A stretch of 64,000 nt of DNA from Hemiscyllium ocellatum (Eukaryota): assembly GCF_020745735.1 (NCBI RefSeq), contig NC_083404.1, positions 37,199,731-37,263,730 on the forward strand. The letters are read 5' to 3'. Position numbers and translations under genes: made by a program. Below the pieces are notes generated by a model. It saw nothing but the letters and a program-made list of their open reading frames with translations. It ran no database searches and was not told where the DNA came from. Below, one piece after another: positions 37,781 to 50,287 of the stretch; position 1 is the first letter of the stretch, and the number at the start of each line of letters is the position of its first letter.

Positions 37781-38880
37781 TGGGTAGCTTGTCTGTCGCT
37801 GATTCCCAGATGACAATAACACAGTAACCGGTGCAATACGCTTAACATCACACCAGGCACTCACAAACCTATAACCACCCGACTCTGCCCGCTGGAAGAA
37901 TGAGTGAACAGCCTGAGCAAAATTAAATGCAGATCAAAATGAGATGTTCGGCTTACCCCTGAAACGGTGTAAGGTATGTCTGAGATCCAGGAGTGAAGGG
38001 AATCTCGGCTTCTCGTCGCTCCTCTCCGCCACTGACCCCCACATGGTGACTGTTACCACAGTTTCCGGTGGCACGACCACAATCCTGACTAAACTCCAGA
38101 AACCAAAGCCCAACAGTCTGTCTCAAGCCCTGAAAGAGCATTGCTGGGCAGTGTGAAACATTCCAATTTATTCTGAATTCAGGAAGAGCACATGGGAATG
38201 TAACTCGCGGGAGATTTTACATGTGAAGTGTTTCTAATGAGTCTGTAAGACGCTGCTTCTAAACTATACACGTGAGCAATCAAAAAAAGAGTATAACATT
38301 GACCAACCGTTGGCCATGTTTTCCTTTCAATACAGGACACTACAAAAATAAAATGAGATTAAGATCTAATATCAATTGTTTCGCGGTGCCTGTTTATTTG
38401 ATTGCAAACTATTTGAAATTAAGACTCTGGAAGTTTGCCCTACTGACAATTGGGGGAAACAATGGGAATAACGTATCTTTCAAAATGAAGGAAATCAAGA
38501 GTTGTTCATGATGTGCGCGCATTGCTTTACAAAGACACATTTTAAGGTCGAGTGGGAAATTCAGACCAATGCATAGGATCATTGGAGATGGGTTGGAATT
38601 GATCCATGCAGGAAACTTGCCACAGAAAATGCATTGTTAAAACAAGCAGGGAAGATGGGTTTACTGGTTTATTGAGTAATTATTAAATGGCTATGAACAT
38701 CAATTATATTCAATATTCTTCGAATTTACACAAACTGATTCAGAACCATTTATTACCTCACCTTAACACATTGAGAAGTTAAAAAAAAGCTAAAAAGAAC
38801 CACCAAAAGGCATATGCCACAAAGGTTCTCAAATTCATCTACCGCGGAAGAAAGGTCAAACGAACCAAGTGAGCTTCAGT

Positions 38881-39184
38881 AGATTAGATTTTGTTTTAGA
38901 TTAGATTACTTACAGTGTGGAAACACGCTCTTCGGCCCAACAAGCCCACACCGACCATCGAAGCGCAACCCACCCAGACCTATTCGTCTACATTTACTCC
39001 AGCACCTAACACGACGGGCAATTTAGCATGGCCAATCCATCTAACCTGCACATCTTTGGACTGTGGGAGGAAACCGGAGCACGCGGAGGTAAACCCACAC
39101 AGACACGGGGAAAATGTGCAAATTGAACCCGGGTCTCTGGCGTTGTGAGGCAGCCATGCTAACCACTGGGCCACCGTGCCGCCC
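38881..39184 (-). mobile_element. HE1/V-SINE-like SINE
   Basis: Same family as 6967-7276. Confidence 0.9.
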
Positions 39185-39432
39185 ATACCGTGTAAAGCAG
39201 ACGTGATAACCACTGCACGATGGAAGCAACGCTTGAATCCCTGCACCAGTTCGCTCTAATCACTTTTTGCACGTCAATCCTTGAATTTACAGCAGCAAAT
39301 CCATTTGACTCTGAAATGTTGACATTGAAGTTAATTCTGACTTCGATTTTGCGATTTGGAATTTCAGTAACAAGGACTCCATCTGTGGTCTGGAATCTTG
39401 TGCGACTGCGCTGGGTAGAAGGCAGCCTTGGG

Positions 39433-39471
39433 GCTTTTGCTATGAGATTCTTACTGTTGTTTCTCACTGTG
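39433..39471 (-). promoter_or_regulatory. Degenerate 23-RSS of the V pseudogene
   Basis: Perfect CACAGTG at 39465-39471; nonamer decayed (AGCAAAAGC at 23 nt or GCAAAAGCC at 24 nt). Confidence 0.75.
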
Positions 39472-39763
39472 GGGAACCAATAGGCACAGTAATAGATGGC
39501 AGCAACAGACGGTTCAATGTTATCAATTACAAGGAAGAACGAAGAAACACTTTACTCAACTGAGAACTGAGAGGGGATTCCCGGATCCAGCAGAACGCCG
39601 CTTTTGCTGTAATAAATTATCCTTCGAGGTGCCTGGTTGGGCTGTTGTTAGTACCAGTGGATAGTTTCCGTGTGTTGTGTGACGCATGCTATTTTGACTG
39701 TTGATGTCTTGGGCCTAGTGATCGATATTGGTAACTGTCTCAAGACCTCGGCAAAATGTTCAC
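39472..39763 (-). pseudogene. TRGV: V pseudogene: EHFAEVLRQLP...IAC...IHWY*QQPNQAPRRIIYY...SVE*SV...VAAIYYCAYWF
   Basis: Splice acceptor TTTGCAG; frame preserved over 292 nt; TAA stops at 39648-39650 and 39552-39554; no intact leader found. Missed by the ORF track. Confidence 0.9.
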
Positions 39764-40609
39764 CTGCAAATAGAAAATATCGAAAAGTCACATAGCTGAG
39801 GAGACAGACAGAAATCACAAAGAAAGTGGATAGGGAGGATCAGTTTCCACTGATGCAACAAAATGCAGAAGACGCAGATTTACGATTATCGGTTAGAGAA
39901 GCTTCATGAGGGGAAAATGTTCACACAGCAAATGTTTAGGATGTGGATGGCACTGGTTGAGAGAGCGGTGGAGGCAGATTCATCTCTGGCTTTCTGAAGA
40001 GAGTTGTAGAAACTCGAAAAAAGAAAAGAAATGCATTGCCAATGGAAAAGACAGGGCACTGGGACAAGGTGAGGGTTTCTGGAAAGAGCCGAAAAGAATA
40101 CGACAGGCCAAATGGTCTCTGGTTGGTGGTTCCAACGGCTCGGTGTCGCACTCACTGGGGGCAAGCATCAACAGAACAACCAGACAATGGAGCGACATGG
40201 TGCAACAATGATGATTAGGTTGCATTCATTGTGTTAAACCGGATAATTAAACAGGAAATGATTCGCATCCCGAATATAGACAGTGTAAAACAATGCTGCT
40301 GGGGGTGAGTCCCTGCTCTGATCCAGGAGGCCATCTACTGCTGAGTTTTGTTACAATATCTCTGAACCGCTTGATTAGAAATTATCTAAAATGTTTCCCC
40401 TCTCCTACTAGTTACATGATCTGCTTCGTCAGATAGATTATAGTATCACCGCTCTCTACATAAAGCTCGTGTACGCATTTAGTTCTAATTGATGTGATTG
40501 TTGTGATTCCGGGACTTATCTGCCATTTCATTCATTTCGCATTTCCTATGCACTTGGTTATTTCCTCAAGTCCGATGGTCCATTTCAGTTCCTGGAGGTT
40601 TCAGCTACA

Positions 40610-41010
40610 AGAAGCCAGAGTTTAAGGCCGTTTCAATATATAATCCAAAGTGACATTCCAGGAAGCACAGGGCTGCCAGAATACCGTTTTCAGATAAGGC
40701 GTTAAAGGGAGTCTGTATCCAGCCTTCCTAATCTGCAATCTTCTTCCTGGCCTCTCCGCCCCCACCCCACTCCGGCCTATCACCCTCACCTTGACCTCCT
40801 TCCACCTATCACATCTCCATCGCCCCTCCCCCAAGTCCCTCCTCCTTACCTTTTATCTTAGCCTACTGGACACACTTTCCTCATTCCTGAAGAAGGGCTT
40901 ATGCCCGAAACGTCGAATTTCCTGTTCGTTGGATGCTGCCTGACCTGCTGCGCTTTTCCAGCAACACATTTTCAGCTCTGATCTCCAGCATCTGCAGACC
41001 TCACTTTCTC
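40610..41010 (+). mobile_element. PLE terminal-repeat fragment (family of 10364-11521)
   Basis: Near-identical to 11310-11520 and continues to the full terminus ...CTCACTTTCTCC. Confidence 0.85.
40883..40918 (+). ncRNA. Intact minimal hammerhead ribozyme motif
   Basis: ATTC-CTGAAGA-A-GGGC-TTAT-GCCC-GAAA-CGTC-GAAT; helix I ATTC/GAAT. Confidence 0.8.
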
Positions 41011-41019
41011 CCCATACAA

Positions 41020-41430
41020 TATTCTGTGCCACGACTTGAAAGACACATGTGGAACTCTCTACAATACAGGGGATTATAAAATCATGAGGGGTATAGATTA
41101 GTTAATTTTAAGTGTGTGTTCCCAAGGATGTGGGATCTCAAAGCTATGGGGCACATTTTTAGGGTGAGAGGAAAGAGATTTTAAAGAAAAGACATGAGGG
41201 GCAATTGTTTTGCACAGAGAATGGTTCGCGTGGAATGAACTTCTTGAGGAAGTGATGGATGCAGGCACAGTTACAATGTTTAAAAGACACCTGGGTACGT
41301 ACATGAATAGGAAAGGTTTGGAAGAATGAGGGCCAGGGGCCGGTTGGAAGGATTAGTTTCGTTTAAGATTATGTTCGGCATGGACTGGTTGGACCGAAGT
41401 GTCAATTTCCGGGATGTATGACTCTGTGAC
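41020..41430 (+). mobile_element. CR1 3' end fragment
   Basis: Similar to other CR1 3' UTRs. Confidence 0.75.
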
Positions 41431-42769
41431 TCTATGTGGTGGGTCCTTTCGACTTGGGTGGGGAATTGGTGCAATACAAATCCCTAACCAACATCACAAA
41501 ACAGATTGTCTGGATATTTTTCATATTACTCTTTTTCGGTGCTATTTGAAAGCAACGAGGACATCAGTTGTTCTAATTTCAACAGTGACCAATCTCTTTA
41601 TATATTTTTATTCATCCACTGAACTGGACAATGCTGACCAGTCCAGTATTTATTGGCCACCCCTAAGTACCCAGAGTGAGAAGGTCTGCAACCTTAAAAT
41701 TTGTCTTTAAACATTTAGATAAAATGTAATGCTGAATTATAGAACACATTTACTGCACTAGAAAATAGACAGGCAGGAAGGCTCAGAAAAAGGGGGAACT
41801 TAAGGAATGCAGAAGATAGGGGCATCTGGGCTCACTAAGTGATAACAGGATGCTGTAAGGCAATTAAGAACATTTGCCTTACCATCGGTGAATCCGTGTG
41901 AACAGGACACCAAGTGATAATATTCACGGCCATTTCCTTGTGAAATTAATGCCAGTGTTTGATTCTGACCCTGAAACGAAACTCAGCACTATCAAAAACT
42001 TTGTAATTAATGTCAGATCCTGTCAATTACAATAGGTTCTTACTTCCCCCTTGCAAACGGGGCAGACACAGAGAAAAAAAACATCTTTGCTGTTACAAGA
42101 CCCTGACTTGAGAGTTCAAAAGGACACTAGAGAGAGAGAGAGAGAGAGAGACCATTTCAGTGCTGAGTCTGCTGAAGCCAGTAGAAAATTAACTCTTAGT
42201 GCTTACCTGCTATGGATTCAATTTAATTGCCATTTTGGGATTTTATGATGATATTGAGTAGCCACTGGTTATTAAATACAAACTCTATAAAAGGTAATAT
42301 GGATGGACTGTTAACTTACTTGCTATCCTTGCAGACCACTCTACAGACCTTACAGACTGCCCACTGTCAATTCTAACTAATCAGATCCTTTGTCTTATTT
42401 GAATTTGAATCACAACCCTGAAAAGAAAGCATGTTTAATTTGTAGACTAATGAATCAGTTTAAATGCAAACTTATGGTGACATCTCAGCCTCAGGTATGG
42501 AATGATTCAGTGCTTAAAAAGCAGGAGTCTGCTCCGAGCTTCAAAAAACGTTATTCTAAGCCTAACATTGAAGCAATTCTGGCACAATGCGTCAGGATGC
42601 CATTTTATGGTCAAAAGTTTGCCCTCCTTGCAAAGAAGCCATTTTGTAAAGTAATTGTATCAGACATGTGAGCTGAGCAAGGTTACCTCGTGAACTTCTC
42701 AATTAGCTCAGACTCAAAGTTCTCAATTGAAGAAAGGCCAATTTTGACAGTATTAGGCAAAAACTTTCA

Positions 42770-44943
42770 AAAGATGATGGGATGCAGATGTTTGCAGGGA
42801 AAGGGGCAGATTGAAAAAATGAAGCCTTCAGAAATGAGATAACGAGAATCCAAAGAAAGTATATTCCTGTTAGGATGAAAGGACAGGCTGGTAGGTATAA
42901 GGAATGATGGACAACTAAAGAAATTGAGGGTTTGGTTAAGAAAAAGAAGGAAGCATATGTCAGGTATAGACAGGATAGATTGAGTGAATCCTTAGAAGAG
43001 TATAAAGGCAGTAGAGTCATAGTTATAGAGATGTACAACATGGAAACAGACCCTTCAGTCCAACCCATCCATGCCAACCAGATATCCCAACCTGATCTAG
43101 TCTCACCTGCCAGCACCCAGCCCATATCCCTCCAAACCCTTCCTATTCTTATACCCATCCAAATGCCTTTTAAATATTGCAATTTTACCAGCCTCTACCT
43201 CATCCTCTGCTAGGTCATTCCATACCCGTACCATCCTCTGTGTGAAAAAGTTGCCACTTAGATCTCTTTTACATCTTTCTCCTCTCACCCTAAATCTATG
43301 CCCTCTGGACTCCCTGACCCCAAGGGAAATGACTTTGTCTATTTATCCTGTCCATGCCCCTCATAATTTTGTAAACCTCTATAAGGTCACCCTCAGCCTC
43401 CAACACTCCAGGGAAAACAGACCTCGTCTGTTCAGAATCTCCCTATAGCTCAAATCCTCCAACCCCAGCAACATCCTTTTAAATCATTTCTGAACCGTTT
43501 CACATTTCACAACATCATTCTGATAAGGAGACCAGAATTGCATGCAATATTCCAACAGTGGCTTAACCAATGTCCTGTACAGCCGCAACATGACCTCCCA
43601 ACTCCTGTACTCAATACTCTGACCAATAAAGGAAAGCATACCAAACGCCTTCTTCACTATCCTATCAACCTGCGACTCCACATTCAATGAGCAATGAACC
43701 TGCACTCTAAAGTCTCTTTGTTCACCAACACTTCCTAGGACTTTACCATTAAGTGTATGAGTCCTGCCATGATTTGCGTTCCCAAAATGCAGCATCTCGC
43801 ATTTATCTGAATTAAACTCCATCTGCCACTTCTCAACCCATTGGCCATCTGATCAAGATCCTGTTGTAATCTGAGGTAACCTTCTTCGCTGTCCACTACA
43901 CCTCCGATTTTGGTGTCATCTGCAAACTTACAAACTATACCTCTTATGCTCACAACCAAATCATTTATATAAATGACAGAAAGTAGAGGACCCAGCACCG
44001 ATCCTTGTGGCACTCCACTGGTCACAGGCCTCCAGTCTGAAAAACAACACATATACCTAAGAGGGAAATCAGGAGGGCAAAAAGGGGACATGAGATAGCT
44101 TTGGCAAATAGAATTAAGGAGAATCCAATGGGTTTTTATCAATACATTAAAGACAAAAGGGTAACTACAGAAAGAATGGGACCCCTCAAAGATCAGCAAG
44201 GTGGCCTTTGTGTGGTCCCCCAGAAAATGGGGGAGATACTAAATGAGTATTTTGCATCAGTATTTACTATGGAAAAGGACACAAAATATATATAATGTAG
44301 GGAAATGGATGGTGACATCTTGCAAAATGTCCATATTACAGAGGAGGAAGTGCTGGATGTCTTGAAACACATAAAGGTGGATAAACCCCAGGACCTGATC
44401 AGGTATACCCTAAAACTCTGTGAGAAGCTAGAGAAGTGATTGCTGGGCTTTTTGCTGAAATTTTTGTATCATCGATAGTCACAGATGAGGTGCCGGAAGA
44501 CTGGATGTTGGCTAACGTGGTGCCACCTTTTAAGAAGGGCAGTAAGGACAAACCAGGGAGCTATAAACCAGTGAGCCTGATGTCGGTGGTGGGCAAGTTG
44601 TTGGAGGGAATCCTGAGGGACAGGATGTAAAAGTATTTGGGAAGGCAAGGGCTGATTAGGAATAGTCAACATGGCTTTGTGTGTGGGAAATCATGTCTCA
44701 CAAACTTGATTGAGCTTTTTGAAGCAGTAACAAAGATGATTGATGTTGGCAGAGTGGTAAATGTGATCTATATGGACTTCAGTAAGGCGTTCGACAAGGT
44801 TCCCCATGGGAGATTGATGAGCAAGGTTAGGTCTCACGGAATACAGGGAGAACTTGCCACTTGCTACTGCTAGTTGGGTCAAAGGTAAAAGACAGAGGGT
44901 GGTCGTGGAGGGTTGTTTTTCAGACTAGAGGCCTGTGACCAGT
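42770..44943 (+). mobile_element. CR1 (segments 42770-43012 and 44050-44943) lacking its 3' end
   Basis: Reads continuously across the nested inverted copy; ORFs 44101-44873. Confidence 0.85.
43013..44048 (-). mobile_element. Inverted CR1 3' portion nested in the + strand CR1
   Basis: ORFs 43484-44199 ([15 protein letters not shown]); tail at 43013. Confidence 0.9.
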
Positions 44944-47900
44944 CTAGATTAATAATCTGGTGCTAATATCACTGAGCCATCATCTCTCTTCGTATTCTGA
45001 GGTTTGTAAAATGCTTGGGCATTCCTAAATTTGAACTGTGCTACCGAATTGATTTTGTTTTTCAATGTCACCAGAGGGTGGATCTTTAACTTTTCTGCTT
45101 CGGGGGATCCAAGATGGCAGCAGTCTGAGTGGTCTGCTGTGTTGAGCTCTCTGCCATACCCCTGGGCAAAGTGGACCTTTACCCCATTTTTAACCACTCC
45201 AAGGAGGAAAAAGTATTAATTTAAACTTACTGATGATTTCACCTGAAACACCTTCAGGCCAGGATGAAGACCGGTAAAGGAAAAGGGCCTAAAGGAGGTT
45301 AGCAGACAGGGCACTCCCCTACTGCATCGGGGGTGCCTGCAGCCAGTACTCAGTCTCTGGATGGTCCCTTTGGATCCAGCAGGACAGCAGTACTTACTCT
45401 CAGAGTTTGCTTGGATTCAAGCAGCAGTGGAGCCACTGTCTGCCATGCTAAAAAAGCATGAGAAGGAAATGCAGCTCCTGGAACGAAGACTGGAGGCAGT
45501 GAAGGAAAGGACCACGGCATTAGAGACCCTGGTTGAGGCCTCAGGAGGAAGACCAGGTTCGGGTCCTTCAAGATCAAGTCAATAATCTAGAAAATAAAAA
45601 TAGAAGTAAAACCTTACGGATTCTGGGCCTCCCAGAATGTGATGAAGGCAAGGATCTCGCTGGCTTCCTAGAGGGATGGCTCCCAAGGTTTCTGCAGCTA
45701 TACTTGGAGTCAGGCCTGGTAAGTGTGGAGCAGGCCTACTGGATCACAACACGTAGGTCCAGGCTGGAACAGCACCCCTGTGTGGTCGTAGTGCAGCTCC
45801 TGTAAAAAGAAAAACAGTAAATAGTGGAAGCAGCAGCAAGAAGACTGGGAAAGAATTCACAAGTCTTAATGTATAAACGTTCAAAGATAATGTTTTTTTC
45901 AAGATTTTTCAGGACCCTGGTCAAGAGGAGAAGAACATTTTATGATGATAAAAAAGAATTACAGAACTTAAGTATCTAATACTCCATGAGGTACCTGGCC
46001 ATGTTGCGCAAAACACATGGGGGATCAATATATGACTTGACTCTGCTGAAAAGGCAAAGGATTTGTGAAATCTCTGAAATGAAGGACCTGAATTGGGATG
46101 AGAGGGGAGGGGGCATTATTGGGAACATTGGTTTGCATTTTTTTTTCGAATTACCCCCCCTCCCCCACTTTCCCTCGTCCCCTTTTTTGTGATTATTGGT
46201 TGTACATGTATGCTTTTGTTTAAAATTTGTTAAATTGGAACTATTTTATCTATCGATTGACTGGGTAATAGCTAGGATCCTTCTTTTTAATGACATTGCT
46301 TTGATTTTGCATTTGGGGTGACTATATTTCTGACTACGATGTGGGGCAGGGGTGGGGGTGGGGGTGGATTGGGGGAGAGGTATCCACTGTTTCAGAATGT
46401 AAATAACAAGTCTTTATTATTTGTGAATTGCCTGGGGCTAAGGCACAGCCTCAGCTAGAGGGAGTTAAGATGGTAATAGGGATTGGGAAGGGGGCCTCTT
46501 ATGGGCAGAGGGAAGATCCTGAGTGAATGGGGGATTATTTGGGTATTTGCTTCAGTTAAATGTAGTGTTATTTTATTAGATCTATTGGAATAGTTCTTAG
46601 ATTTCATCGAGTTAGTATCTTTGTAACTCATCACGCCTCAGATAAGTTACTTCTTCCTGGGAAACCACGGGCTGTTCTCGATGACCATGGCTAGTGATTT
46701 GTTCAGGTCGTGCACCTGGAATATAAAAGGTTAAAAGAAGAAAGGTCTTGTCGGGCCTCAGGAAGGAAAGGGTGGATATTGCCCTGCTGCAAGAGACGCA
46801 CCTAACTGACAAGGAACATTTGAAACTACAACATTGGGGGTGAGGTGGGTAGTGGAGGGGGGGAGGGTGCGGGGGAGCAGGGGGTGGTTATGGCAAGGTG
46901 TTTTTCTCATCCTTCAGTTCTAAGAATAGATGGGTAGCTATACTGATAAGAAGGAACCTCCCCTTACAAGTAATGGAACAGATTAAGGATGATCATGGAA
47001 GGTTTGTTATTTTGAAAGCCCTAATACATGGAGAAGAATACGGTGTTCTGAATGTATATTGTACCCCGACGCACCCTCTTAAATTTCTAATTGATGCAGG
47101 GGCTAAATTATTTAATCTTGGGGTTCAATGTATGATTATTGGAGAAGGTTTATAGATCCAGAGATTGACAAGGTGCCAAAGGCCTGGCAGTCTAAACGGT
47201 TCGTGGACATGTGCGATGAGTTGGGATTAGTGGATGTGTGGTGGTAACCCCACCCTAATGGAAGAGATTTCATGTTGTATTCCAACCCACACAAATGTCA
47301 TAAGCAAATTGATATATTTTTATGCCATCTGATTGTCTGGACAGAATATTTGTGTGTAAAGTAGGGAATATAGCTGCTTCGGATCATCCGCCAGTATACT
47401 TAAATATTAAAGCCAAGGGCAGTGGAACAAATGCACATCACTGGCGCATGGATTCATTTTTGTTAGGGGATAGTAAATTTATTGAATATATTACAAGGGA
47501 ATTCAGGACCTTTTGGGATATTAATTCAGGTACAGCTGGTAATCCGGCAATACTTTGGGAGACCACTAAGGCATATTTATGAGGTCTGATTATTTCGTAT
47601 TCAACGACTAGAAAAAGGCAGAGGGAGGAGCAGCAGGAGTTGCTGGAGGCCTGACTGAAGGTAATTGAAACATATTATAATAAACCGTCATTGGTTAAAC
47701 TTCAGCGGGTCACAGCTCTCCGGGCTGCCCGCGACTCAATACACACAAGTGGCTAAAAAAAGAGATCTCCTTTGCCAAACTAAGACTGTTTGAATTCGGA
47801 GATAAGCCTGGTAAACATCTGGGTTATTTAGTAAGGAGAAAAAAAGCCTCCCAATCTATTATCTCTGTCAGGGAGAAGACTGGGGCAATTACCCTTGATT

Positions 47901-48112
47901 CAAAAAAGATCAATGCTAGGTTTAGGGAATATTTTGATGTGTTATATCGGTTGGAGGAAAGCAAATATAGTACAATGGGAATGCAGTCCTTTGAAAATCT
48001 GCACCTCCTCAATGTGAGTAAGGAGCAGGCTTCCCTTTTGAATGCGCCCCTAACAGTACAGGAAGTGCAGGAAGCAATAAAACATCTCCAAAGTGGCAAA
48101 GCACCAAGATCA

Positions 48113-48417
48113 GGGTGGCATGGTGGCACAGTGGTTAGCACTGCTGCCTCACAGTGCCAGAGACCCGGGTTCAATTCCCGCCTCAGGCGACTGACTGTGT
48201 GGAGTTTGCACATTCTCCCTGTGTCTGTGTGGGTTTCCTCTGGGTGCTCCGGTTTCCTCCCACAGTCACAAAGATGTGCAGGTCAGGTGAATTAGCCATG
48301 CTAAATTGCCCGTAGTGTTAGGTGAAGGGGTAAGTGTAGGGATATGGGTGAGTTGCGGGTCGGTGTGGACTTGTTGGGTTGAATTGCCTGTTTCCACACT
48401 GTAGGTAATCTAATCTA
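48113..48417 (+). mobile_element. HE1/V-SINE-like SINE nested in L1 ORF2
   Basis: Interrupts the KAP/GPDGF-like motif. Confidence 0.92.
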
Positions 48418-50287
48418 GTCAGATGGATTCCCAACTGAATTTTATAAGGAATTCATAAAAGATATTAGTGGAACCACTTCTGGGGATGTATAAATACTTT
48501 TATACACAGGATTGTCTGCCGTCTACTCTTACGGAAGCTAAAATCGCCTTTATTTTAAAGGAAGAGACGAACCCCGAAGAATATACTTTAAAGAGACCAA
48601 TCTCGCTATTGAATGTAGATTTCAAAATTTTATCAAAGATGTTGGCTCTGAGGTTGGAGAAGGTTTTGTCCCGTATTATAAAAGAAGACCAGATAGATAT
48701 TATTGAGGGCCGCAGTCCCTCTAACAATATTAGGAGAGTACTGAATACCGTACAGTTATGTCAGCAAAGATTGATTCCAGGGTAGGTGGTCTCCTTTGAT
48801 GCAGAAAAAGCCTTTGATCAGATAGAATGGCTATATCTATTTGAGGTTCTAGAGCGTCTTGGTTTGGGGGGATCCTTTGCCAGATGGGTAGCAGTATGGT
48901 ATTCAGTCAAATAATTTTAATATTAGAAGAGGTAGTCGACAGGGGTACCCTTTATCACTGCTGCTATTTACCTTGGCGATTGAACCATTAGCCGACACTA
49001 TTAGAAGAGACTTTGAAACAGTAACGCCAAAGGTGGGAATGGGAGAACCATATTACCCCATATGCTGATGATATCCCTTTATTCTTGGCCGAACTGGAGA
49101 AGTCTATTCCCCGACTGATCCAATCAATTAATTCATATGGTAGTTTTCAGGTTATATGACAGTGGGGTTCGTGGAGATGCATAACTTGAAGAATAAAAAG
49201 CAATTCCCGTTTAGGTGGTCACCAAAAGATATTCTGTATTTGGGAATTTTTATTACCCCTTCCTTCCACCTGCTATATAAGGCTAACTTTGTACAATTAC
49301 TAGAGAGGATAAAACAGGATTTGCAGCGATGGGAGGGATTACCATTATCATGGCTGGACCGAATAGTTCTGATTAAGATGAATGTCCTTCCCTGACTGCT
49401 ACATCCCACGAGAATGCTCCCATTACTGTTATCTAGACAAGTATTACGGAGGATTAATAGTTGGCTAGGGTCCTTTATTTGGTGCCATAGACGTCCTCTA
49501 ATTAAATTCACTAAATTACAGCTTTAGCAAGCTGAGGGAGGGGTGGATCTTCTGGATTTGAAGAAATATCAAATAAATGCTTTGTTAACGTGTGTTGGTG
49601 ACTGGGTACGAGGGAATTCAGAATTGATATGGCTTGATATTGAAGCCTCACAGTCGAAATGTCCTCTAATTAATTTATTATTTATGGATAAGATGAAATC
49701 AATGACCTAGCAATGCAATAGTCCAAATATCTTGATTACGGTGAAAGCTTGGAGGATAATGTGGCAAGATGAGGGCAATTGGTTTAAGACTTTGCCATTT
49801 ACCCCATTGGTAGGAGCCCAAGGATTTCAACCTGGGACAATGGACTCTGGCTTTAAGACATGGGAGAAGAAAATAATTCTATGTTTGGGAGATTTTTTGG
49901 AGGGAGAGGTCTTTTTGTCATTCAGTCAGTTAAGTCAGAAATATGGATTATCCAATAAGGACCTTTTCCGATACTTCCAGATAAGGGACTATATACAGAG
50001 GATGACCACACTCCTGGCCCAATGTTATGTATCAGGTGTAAAGAAAAGGGACTCCAGTATATGAGTACTCTTTCACTTGGTACATTATTTCATTTACAGA
50101 AAGGACGTGCTCTGGAGGATATGGAGGTACTCCATAAGGCGTGGAACCGAGAGATAGGACACGATATTTCACTGGAGATATGGGAAGATATCTGGGAAAA
50201 TGTAAGGAAAATTTCAGTATGTAACAGAGCACAGGCTATGCAATTGAAGATCTTATATAGGGCTCATATGGCACCAGAAATGCTAGC

